Assembly: GCF_009914755.1 (NCBI RefSeq)
Contig: NC_060938.1
Origin: the human T2T-CHM13v2.0 reference genome, Homo sapiens
Length of the DNA: 64,000 bases
Direction: 5' to 3' (one strand)
Made by a program: the position numbers and the translations under genes. The notes beneath the pieces are model-generated. The model searched no databases, was not told the origin of the DNA, and worked only from the letters and a program-made list of their open reading frames with translations. Shown piece after piece: positions 53,829-64,000 of the stretch (the first letter of the stretch is position 1; every line of letters begins with the position of its first letter).

Positions 53829-54145
53829 GGCTGGGCGTGGTGGCTCACGCCTGTAATCCCAGCACTTTGGGAGGCCGAGGAGGGCGGATCACAAGGTCAG
53901 GAGTTTGAGACCAGCCTGGTCAACATGGTGAAACTCTGTCTCTCTACTAAAAATATGAAAATTAGCTGGGAGTGGTGGCAGGCACCTATAATCCCAGCTA
54001 CTTGGGAGGCTGAGGCAGGATAATGGTTTGAACCCTGGAAGCGGAGGTTGCAGTGAGCTGAGACCGTGTCATTGTATCCAGTCTGGGTGACAGGGTGAGA
54101 CTCCGTCTCAAAAACAAACAAACAAACAAAAAAACCAAAAAACCC
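53829..54145 (+). mobile_element. Alu (AluSg-like)
   Basis: ggatcacaaggtcaggagtttgagacc; TSD AAAGTAGTTCT at 53818 and 54146. Confidence 0.95.
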
Positions 54146-55554
54146 AAAGTAGTTCTTTTTCTCCTTCTGCTGGAAACATAAGGGGATTTTCTCCAGTCTT
54201 CACTGTGAGAACCTGGTAGCTCCTGGAGGTAAAATGCACAAAATTTTGGGGGCCACTGATGATCAGGTCTTCCAGAGTTTTTAATCTCTCTGACTTGTCC
54301 ACAATGAGCCTCTAGCAATTTGTCAATTATAATTCAGTTTTCTGGCCCTGGTTCCTGTGGAAATTTCTGCTCCAATGCATTGTGATTGTTTATTCACCTA
54401 TCTATGTCTCCAGTTTTGGGGGCAGTGGTTTGCCTTACGATCTCACTTCTTTTGTGGATCTGAGAAGAGTTTTCCAGTTTGTTCAGCTTTTTACTTGCTA
54501 GGACAGAGTTTTGATTTATAAGCTCCTTACCTGCCAGACCATTAACAGGAAGTCTTCTGCTTCTTTTTATGACCAAATAATATTCCATTGTATGGATATA
54601 CACATTTTGTTTCTCCATTCTCTAGGTGATGGACGTTTGCATTGTTTCCATTTTTGGACATTTGTTTGTAAGTCTTTGTGTGGATATATGTTTTCATTTC
54701 TCATGGTTCTTCCTAGAAGTAGAATTGCAAAGTCATATGGTTGGTAGCTGTTTTTATGTGTAATCTTTTGAGAAACTGCTAGACTGTTTTCCAAAGTGGT
54801 TGCACCATTTTATATTCCCACCAACAATGTGTGAGGGTTCTGATTTTTCCATATCCTCACCAGCACTTGTTCTTACTTGTCTTTTATATTATACGTATCC
54901 TAGTGGGTACAAAGTGGTCTCGTTTGATCTCTTTGAGGTTTGATATAGAACTATTCAGATTGTATATGTCTTCATGAGTGAGACTTGGTAGTTGCATGCC
55001 TCAAAGAATTGGTTCATTTTATCTAAGTTGTGAAACTTAATGTACATACACTGATTTGTAATATTCTCTTTTTCTTTTGATATTTTTAGAGCCTGTAGTG
55101 ATGTCTCCTCTTTCATTCCTGATAATGGTATTTGTGTCTTTTTACTCAGTCATTGTGACTAGAGTTTTATCAATCTTACTGATCATTTCAAAGAAATACT
55201 GATTTTCTCTATTGTTTTTCTACTTCCTTAATTTCTGCTCCAATTTTTATTTTCTTCTGTCTGCTTGCTTTGGATTTAATTTGCCCTTCTTTTTCTGATT
55301 TCTTAAGGAGGCAAGTTAGGCCATTGATTTGAGATCTTTTTTAATATAAACATTTTAATGCTACACATTTTCCTCTCAGCACTACTTCATCTATATCCCA
55401 CAAATTTTAGTTATAATATACTGGCTGTATTTTAATTTTAATCCAATTACAAATACTTTCTAATTTTCTTTAGACTTTCTCTTTGACATGTGGGCTATTT
55501 AGAAGTGTATTGTTCAGTTTCCAAGCATGTGGAAACATCTGGAGATTTGCCAGA

Positions 55555-55803
55555 TTTTTCTTTTTCTTTTTTTCTTTAATTCTTTTTTTTTTTTTTTTTT
55601 TTTTTTGGAGACAGAGTCTTGCTCTGTCCCTTAGGCTGGAGTGTAGTGGTATGATTTTGGCTTACTGCAAAGTCTGCCTCCTGGATTCAAGCAATTCTCA
55701 TGCCTCAGTCTCCAGAATAGCTGGGACTACAGGCATGTGCCACCACGCCTGGCTAATTTTTGTATTTAATAGAGATGGGGTTTCACCGTATTGGTCAGGC
55801 TGG
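55555..55803 (-). mobile_element. 5'-truncated Alu (AluS-like)
   Basis: T-rich tail, right arm and part of left arm. Confidence 0.88.
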
Positions 55804-58800
55804 AAGATAGCTTTCTATCATTAATTTCTAGTTTAATCCTGTTGTAGTCAGAAAACATACTTTGTATTTCAGTTCTTCTAAATTTGCCAAGGTTAGCTTT
55901 ATGGCCCAGAATATAGCCTGCAGTGTTGAATGTTCCATATGCTCCGTGCATTTTGCTGTTGTTGGGTGGAGTGTTGTATAAATGGCAATTTGGTCAATTG
56001 GTTGATGACGGTGTCTGTTCTTTTACATCCTTGCTGTTTTTTAATCTACTTGTTCTTTCAGTGACTGAGAGAGGAGTGTTGACATCTCCAGCTATAGTTG
56101 TGAATTTGTGTATTTTTCTCTTCAGTTCTGTGACTTTTTTTGCTTCATATACTTTGAAGCTGCCAGCACAGCTCTACTACAGTCCTCCTCTCAGGTCAAA
56201 GCTGTTAGAAAAAATAAGAAAAAAGAAACAAAACAAAAACAAAAACAAACAAACAAAAAAAGAAATCAAGTTCCCACCTCTGTACTAGTCACTTCTCTGA
56301 GTTTCTGTCTCTCTCTCACAAGCCACCTGCTCTTGTTTACTTTTCGAGTCCTCAGGGAGTTGCTTTTTGTATTTTGTCCAGAATTTCAGTTGTCATCAGT
56401 GGAGAGGTGGGCTGCAGGAGGTGTGCTCCAATTTAGCCTCAGGTCGATTTTGAACATATTTTTCTTTTTCCCTTGAATTTCCCTTCTTTTTGGCTAAATG
56501 TCACCTGTCCTCCAACTCTCTAGTGATGTCTCCTCTCCAGGAAATTTTCCCAAGCCCGACTGGATTGTGTGTCCCCCTCCCCCCGCCAGGTGATGCTGCT
56601 TCCACAGCTCGATAGCCTGGGTTGTAGCCCCTGGTTGTCCCCCGGTGGGATGCGAGCCCTGTGAGGGCTGGGAGACATGATGGTCTTTTCCAACCTGGTA
56701 TCCCCAGACTGTGTGTGTGCTGGCATCTGGTCAGCAGTTCATTCACTGTTTCTTGAATAAGTGATTGTGCCAACCTCCATGGACCTGCAGTATAACTCTG
56801 CAAAGATTGTATGACTTTAGGAAAGTTTGTGCAATTCAATTTGTGCCCCAACAAATAGATTCCCAGTTTCAGGAGTGTGTTGATGGCTGTGTGATTTTAA
56901 GCACACGGATGTTCCATGTACCCTGTCAGTGGGCAGGCTTTCCTGGCAGCCACAGCCTTTTCTCACACCCCTGAGGGAAGACTGCTTGGTGCTTCTCTGC
57001 AAATCTGGCGCGGAGGCTGCGGAGGGAGATGGATGTGCTGAGAGGAGACTGAGGGCCACGTTCCGTAACAAGCGGGCCATTGCCACGCCCAGTTCAGAAG
57101 GGAGATGAGGAGTGGATAGCTCTCTTTCCCCTCTGCATGCCCCTTTTCCACCAAACAGATTTCTTGGTTTTTAATTACAGTCTTTGTCTTGAATTTTTTC
57201 TTTTTTTTCAAAAAGGTCGGTTTTCTGGCTCACCTCACTCATTTGCTCATTGAACACTGCGGAGCACCTGCTGTTTATAGGGTGTCTTCCTAGTTTAGAG
57301 GATTCAGAGAAGCTGCAGGAAATGTCTCTTGCCCTGCTGCTGGCACCACCTCCACCCAGTTGGTGGCCCAGCCAGAAACCTCTGCAGCAGCTTTAGGGTC
57401 TCCCTTCTCCACCACCTCAGTCCCTGCGTCCTCCTCTTCCAGGGCCAACATGTGAGGTTGTGCAGTCTGTACAGTGCAGAGAGGCACCTTGCTGAGGGAT
57501 AGGTGGGGTCTGTATTCCATTCCAAGCCCTGCTGGCCAGGCCACGCCCCTGATTTGGAATGGTTTCTACTCGAAGGGGTATCTTTCTCTAATAGGAACCA
57601 AGGTGCCATGCGGGCCAGTGGCAGCCCTGTCCCTCCCCTTCTGTCTCTTACTTGGCCTGAGTGGGGCTGTGAGCCGATGAGAGGGCTTGTCGTGGGGTCC
57701 CCCTGTGACTTGGGTGCAAGCAGGGTGTAGGGGTAGAGGCAAAAAAGGGCCTTGGAGACCTGGAGACCCAAGTGCTGCCCATGACTTCAGAATGGAGGGT
57801 GAGGTGGTTGTTCTCTAGATGTTCGTTTTGATTAGAAAAGGAATACATGGTCTTTGTTGGCTACTTGGGAAATGGAAAAATATAAAGAAGATAACCCATT
57901 AAACTTCAACCCAGCCATAACCACCACTGACAGTTGGTATCCTTCATTCAATTGTTTTATGCATATGTATTTACATTTTTATATAATTGTCTTTCAGCTT
58001 ATTATAATATCATTAGAATTTCCCATATTGTTAAAAGGTTTTTGGATGCTATAATTTTTAATAATTACTCAATATATTATACCAAGATGTATTTAACCAG
58101 CCCTCTATTGTTGGGTGTTTATAAGATTTCCAGTGGTTCCCTTATTACAACACTAAGGCAAACTTCTCTGCACAATAATTCTTAAACGCAGAATTAGTCG
58201 AAAGGTAAGCATGGTTTTTAGGTTCCGGAAACCACTGCCTGCTTCCTTCCAGAAGTGGAAGTGCCAGCTAACCCTGAAGAATGGGTTCATTTGTTAGTTT
58301 GCTTGTTTTCAGTGTAGGTGAGACTTATGCATGTTCACCTGCATCCTGGAGGAAGGCACTGGTGCAGAGAGATGGGCTGGAGGTGGGGTGGTGGCTGAGG
58401 GAGCAGGGTGGGTATAGGGAAGAAAGCCACCTCCTTCTTGAGACAGGAAGGAAGTGGGGCTGGGAGATAGAGCAGACGGGCCACAAGAGGCCTCCTTCCT
58501 TCCAGAGCTCCTGTCCTGGGCTGTGGAATGGGTCCCAGGGGGTGAAGTTCGCTGTGTTCTGCTTTGCTCCCAGTCCTTGCTAATCAGCCCAGCCAAGCAC
58601 CTCAGAACTCAAAGGGGTGGCCAGGATTCACTGCACACCTGGTGAATGTAGAATTCAGTGTTTGGAGTCAGGTGGGATACAAGGACTGGAAATTGACACC
58701 AGATAGCTCTGTCTGGTGGGGAGACAGAGCTGTCCCTGAGATGGGGGATGGTACAAGCATTGGGAAATGGTCTTGCAGCCTGCCTGGCCCCGCTCCACCC

Positions 58801-59879
58801 AGAGGTTCCCTGGGACCTGGTTGCTGTCTTCCTAGAGGTGCCACAACCCTCCTCCCCTACTTCTCTCTTACCTGCTGCATCCTCTCTGTGCACCAAGGAG
58901 GAGGGCCAGCCTGACTGGATGGGGCGGCTCCCTCCTAGTGCATTGTGTGTGCCCCTGGTGTGGACACTGGAGGGGCCCGAGAGTGGGGTGGCTTGCTCAC
59001 TCTTACTTCTCTCCTGCTGCGGTTCTGGGTGGTTCAGGACCTGCGGGGGCTGCGGGGAAGGCCCTGCCCTAATTCAGTGGCCTAGAGGCAGGCCAGCTCG
59101 TCTCTTCTGCTCCTTCTTCCAGGGACCCGAGGAGGGTGAAGTGGCTCTGGCTGTGGAGGGTGGAGAAGGAGGGGTGGGGATGGTCAGATGGAGGCATGCC
59201 GGGCACGGGGCATTCTCTGTGGCCCAGCCCAAGGCCAGTGCACCACAAAGTGGCCTTTTTTGGTCCCTGTTGACCCTGTGCCTCATTAGAGAGATAGACC
59301 CCTCCCCTCAGTGCCCTAGTTAGTTTCTCTGGGGCTAGGCAGGGCCTGGGGTTTTGGGGCCCCCCACAGTTTTGACGCTGGCTCAGCCAAGCGAGCCTCA
59401 CCATCTCCATCTCTGTTCAGAGTAGGCCTGAGCCTCTGTCCATTGTCCTACGTGGCTTCTTTGGGGTTGAGGGTGCGTGGAGGAGGCAGCTGCAGGTGGT
59501 ACTGCGAGGCAGGGGCCTGGGCTTTTCAGAGTTGGGCTGCTCTTGGGGGTGGCTGCATTGTTAGAGCCTAGTTTTAATTTGTGCCTCCGCTATAAAGTAA
59601 GGGAAACCAATTTTTCACTTGAGAGGATCAACACACAAATACATGTGTAATTGTCTATTTCTGCTTTTCTTCCTTTCCCATGTGTTTTGTATCTGTAATT
59701 TAAAATTTCACAGTCTTCAACATGACAGTTTCTCTGTGGGTATGTTTAGATTCAATTAGATTCAATTCAAATTCAGCAAACACTAATTGAGCAGCTACTG
59801 TGTGCACCGGGCGACCTGGTGTAGTGCATGGTACAGAGGGGTCCGGCTTGAATGTCAGGCCATGGAGTAGGTGTGACAG

Positions 59880-60062
59880 TGGCTCTGCCTGCACCTCGCT
59901 TCATGATTGTGGGCAGGGCACTTCACCTGTCTGACCTCAGTGTCCTCAACTGTACAGTGCAGCTGGCGAGCCCAACTTTCCCAAAGTGGTCACGAGGATT
60001 AAGGAGGTCACATGTAAGGCACCTAGCAAGACAGATGGCACTTAGAGTGTTCAATAAATGCT
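59880..60062 (+). mobile_element. MIR SINE
   Basis: gggcacttcacctgtctgacctcagtgtcctcaactgtacagtg...gaggattaag...tcaataaatg. Confidence 0.7.
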
Positions 60063-60528
60063 CCTGGCCATCTTGATGTCTTCAGATGATGATCACAACA
60101 GGGTTGTGCCCTCCACGAGCTCATGATAATTGGCCATCATGAGCTGTCTTCAGTTTTGCTAAAAGTGGAGCAGAGATTGTACCTTCCCCCCAGCCAGACA
60201 GCATACCTGGCCAAAACATCAAGTGCCTGTGCTTTCGGCTGAAGATGTTCTAACCCAGTGCGATAACACCGGTCATCTCAGGCTGATCAGAAGCTCAGAT
60301 ACACATTCTCCCATGTCTTTGATTAATTTTTTAAAGGGAGAAGTGAATTAATTATTGCTGAATAAGTGTGGACACTCAGGATGTGGGGGAAAGAACCTAA
60401 AATGGGAACTTAGGAGCTGTCACTGTGGGAACCCCTGTGTAAGCCACCCCAGGAGCTGTCAGAGGCCCTGTGATTCCCACATGGCAACAAGCCAGTAAAT
60501 ACCCTCCAAGACAGAGGAAGGTACAGCT

Positions 60529-61135
60529 CAGCCCTTCCTGATGGATGGAGAACTTGAGGACCAGAGAATGGGGGCACTGAATGTGGGGGCTCACAAAGGC
60601 CATTTGGGCCTTTTCCTTGGAGGAGGATGCTGGGAAATGGTCCCTCAGGCAATGCAGAGAGGAGGATGGTGCAGTCTGCCTGGAGCTGTGCAGCAGACAA
60701 GGGCCAGCTTCATCTCACTCTCCAGGAGCCCCAGGGAGCCCTCCTTCCCTGTCCGCTCCTACCACCCTTTGGTGGATCCTATTCCCCATCCCTCCCCGGG
60801 TCCCGTGACCTGTCCCCAGACAGCTCTTTGGGCTGTTTGATGGGGCTCACACCTAGGAAGGCTGTCCTTGGAGGATATGTTCTGCTTCTGTTGGAAGTGC
60901 CTCAGGCATGGCCCCTTGATAGTTGTGGGAGGTGCAGGCAGAGCCCCCCACTGTGGTGGCCCTTGCCCTCCCACTCAGCTCTGAGCCTGATGTCATCCAC
61001 CTCTGTACATTGTCCGAGGGACAGTTTCATAACTTCCCTGCTTAAGGGGAAAGGCCTTAAGGCTCTCATGAGCCCCCCACATTCAGTGCCCTCATTCCCT
61101 GGTCCTCAGTTTCCCCATCTGCCAGGAATAGGCTG
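60529..61135. repeat. Core of a long degenerate inverted repeat (arms 60529-60706 and 60957-61135)
   Basis: Reverse complement of the right arm aligns colinearly to the left arm; exact 18-mer GGGCACTGAATGTGGGGG at 60572-60589 pairs with 61074-61091. Confidence 0.9.
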
Positions 61136-61694
61136 AACTCCATGACCTAGCCTGTGTAGAGCACAACCCCCAGTTGTTAGCTGGGAATGGCTCTGACGAG
61201 GCCTTCCTGCTGCGAGTAGTCAGCTCCCTCTCCTGGAGCTGGGGGAGCTGGGGGACCCAAGACACTCACAGGCTGCTCCCCACCTGCCAGCTCCAGTTCC
61301 ACCAGTGTCCTGGAGCTGCTCACTTTAGAGTTCTTCATTAGGGGTCCTATAGACACTTGCTGAATTAACCACTGCATGGCCAAGTGGCCACGGCGTGGGG
61401 GAACATGAGGTCCCTCCCTGCATGGCGAGGGGAGGAGTCAGTCTCCACAGAGTACATCGTGATGGGAACTGCTTGGGGGCTAATGAAAGACTCACAGAAG
61501 AAGGAGCTAATGATTTTGCTTGCCACATTGGGAGGCTTGGCTGGCAGAGGGTTTCAAAGGATACATAGGAGTTTTCTAGGCAGCAAGTCAAGGTAGGGTA
61601 TTTTAGGCATAAGGAATGTATAAAGGCACGTAGGCACTAAAGGGCACAACATATGAGGGAATGGTGAGGGTTTTTTGTTGCTGGAGAACACGCA

Positions 61695-61838
61695 GTGTGT
61701 GTCTGTGAGTGTGTGTGTCTGTATGTGTGTCGGTGCATGTGTGTGTGTCCATCCATGCATGTGTGTGTCCATCCATGCATGTGTGTGTGTCTGTGTCCGT
61801 GTGTGTGTGTGCGTGTGTGTGTGTGTGTGTGCATGCGC
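61695..61838 (+). repeat. Interrupted (TG)n repeat with duplicated tgtgtgtccatccatgca
   Basis: Seen directly. Confidence 0.9.
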
Positions 61839-62684
61839 ATTCAGAGGAGAGTTAGGAAACAAGGTCAGCTTGGCTGCCCATGGTGGCCAGTGCAGGGCCT
61901 CCACCCTGGCCATTTTTAGGTTGTGACCCAGAGCTGAACACCCCAAGGGAGGCTTTAGAGATAAGGGAGACCTCCCCAGTCACGCCCAGCATGCTGTCAC
62001 CATTGCCTTTAAAGCGTGTCCCCTGGGAGCCTGAGCCAGCTCATCAGTTACACCTGAATATAAAAGGGAAAGGTGTCCTCCCCCTGCCCCCCGCATGTGG
62101 TTATTAAAGCGCGCCATCTTTAAGCCTCATTAAGGAGTGTTAAATGCTAATGAATTTAGAGAGAGGGGTGTCTTGGGGCCTCTGTTTCCTTGGAAACATT
62201 TGAAAGCAGGTGCTTTATAATGAGCTGTACCTATTTAAAAGTGAGCCGTGAGGGCCACTTTGATAAGCTGGATCTCAGCTGCAGATGGGCAAGTGTGAAC
62301 AAAGCCAGTGGAGGCCAGTGGAGACGCTTTGTGCTCTGTGAAATATCATTTCTCTGGTGGTTTCTATAGAAACCACTGGCACCTAGGTAGGAGAATTGCC
62401 GGGCTCCCCGGCTTCACTTACACATCACAACCTTGTCCCCAGCCCTGGCCACCTCAGCCCCCGTCCCCGAAGACTGCTGGATTCCCGTTGGCAGAGCGGG
62501 GTTGGGTTCTGGACAGATGGGACAGATGCATGCTACCGCAGGTGTAATTCGCTTTAATTATGTCTGTTCTGTACCCACTGCTTGATTTCAGTTGGTCCCA
62601 CCTCTGCTTATGATTTCAGGCCCAGCTGATAAGAAGAACTAACATTTGTGGAGCTAATTCCTCCCCTCAGAGCACTTTAAAGAA

Positions 62685-64000
62685 ACTTTTTATTATTGAA
62701 AAATGTAAATATATACCAAAGTAGAAAGACTAATTAATGAACCTTTATGCAACCAGCATCCTGTTTTAACAATTATAAAATTATGGCCATGCTTATTTTA
62801 TCCATAATCCTACCCATTTCCCAATAGTCTCCACCCTCCTCACCCTCACCACTGATTATTTTGAAGCAAATCCCAGACATCCTGTCATTTTATTTGTAAA
62901 TACTTTTGTTTCTTTAAAAGGTGTGGGCTTAAAAAACTGTTATCCCATCTAGTAATTTGGCAATAATTCCTTAATATCATCCACTCTCTAATCCATGTTC
63001 AGATTTCCCTGGTTGTCTCATAATTTGCTTTAAACAGTGCCTTGTTCAAATCAGGACCCTAACATTTGATTTCTAAGTCTCTTAAGTCTATAGATTTCTT
63101 TCCTACTTTCTTTTTCTTATAACTTATTTATTGGGTAATAAATCAGTTATTTTTCCTGTATCTTTCTTACTGTATCCCTCTGATGTAATTTAACACATTC
63201 CTCTGTTCCTTCTGTATGTCTTATGAACTGGTGGTTTCATCTTAAAGCAGGTCACTGGGGGAGCTTGTGAGTCTGCTGCTGCTTCCAAGGCTCATCCCTA
63301 TTGTATGTATCAGCATTCCTTGTTGCTGAGTCATAGTCCATTGTATGGACATACCGCAGTTTGTTTATCCAGTCACCTGTGGATGGACGTTTTGAGTTGT
63401 CTCCAGTTTTTGGCTGTTATGAGTAAAGCTGCTGAGAACGTTCATGAACAGGTCTGTATGTGAATATACATTTTCCTTTCTTTGGGTAAATAACTGAGAG
63501 TGGAATTGCTAAGTGGTGTAGTATATATATATTTAAATTTTTAATAAGTCACCAAACTGTTTCCAAAGTGGTTGTACCATTTTGCATTTCCATCAGCAGT
63601 GTGGGAAAGTGTCAGTTGCCTCACATTCTCACCAACACTTGGTGTTGTCAGTCTTTTTCATTTTAGTTATTTTAGTGGGTGTGTAGTAGTATCTGATTGT
63701 GGCTTTAATTTCTTCTCCCTGATGACTAATGATGGTGAACATCTTTTTGTGGGCCTATTGACCATTTGAATGTCTTGTTTTGTGAAGGATCTGTTCAAAG
63801 TATTTGCCTATATAAATTTATTATTATTGAGTTCTAAGAGTCTTTCTATATTCTGGAATTATTTTCTCCTATTACATAGGTTTTTGTGTTCTAAGAAATC
63901 TTTACCTATCCTAATGTTGCAAAGATTTTCTCCTATGTCTTCTTCTAGAAGTTTCATAGTTTTTGCCATACATTTATTCAGGGCTATGGTATATTTTCAG
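62685..64000 (-). mobile_element. Old L1ME-type LINE 3' portion
   Basis: gattattttgaagcaaatcccagacat; ttccaaagtggttgtaccattttgcatttccatcagcagtg; ttttctcctatgtcttcttctagaagttt. Confidence 0.85.

Larger units (their letters stand above)
51870..56160 (-). mobile_element. Cluster of nested old L1 fragments (L1MB/L1MC 3' ends, 5'/ORF1 and ORF2 pieces)
   Basis: ccccagcccctggcaacca; ttagactttattttttagaggagtttta; tttccaaagtggttgcaccattttatattcccacc; reverse endonuclease-like HGAYG...YILGHKANLGKF. Confidence 0.8.

Noticed and set aside
58748-61136. 191-aa and 169-aa ORFs
   Set aside because: No domain similarity or codon signal; expected by chance at this GC content.

Overview
Primate, almost certainly human, genomic DNA lying entirely inside a large + strand gene that I recognise as WDR25 (WD40-repeat protein, 14q32). 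Only two internal coding exons are present, 26775-26922 (148 nt) and 42748-42878 (131 nt). They join in frame to 93 aa of WD40 sequence. The rest is intron, filled with Alu, L1, L2, MIR, CR1/L3, MaLR LTRs, DNA transposons (MER1B, MER58A, MER5A, Tigger3) and simple repeats. It also holds an HMGN1 processed pseudogene with clean TSDs and an old, 3'-truncated 7SK pseudogene. Nearly all ORFs in the supplied track are chance ORFs, and there is no prokaryote-type system (no CRISPR, operon, rRNA or tRNA). Four observations deserve a second look. (1) The two exons total 279 nt (93 codons, phase 0 at both ends, no stop) and are bracketed by inverted Alus, so a back-spliced circle would carry an endless WD40 ORF. 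(2) A ~1 kb degenerate palindrome at ~60340-61370 is not explained by any repeat I recognise. (3) The HMGN1 retrocopy is still one open frame, with an in-frame poly(A)/poly-Lys expansion. (4) There are several template-switch-like scars and candidate homeodomain-rich enhancers. Repeat subfamily calls are from memory of consensus sequences and their boundaries are approximate.
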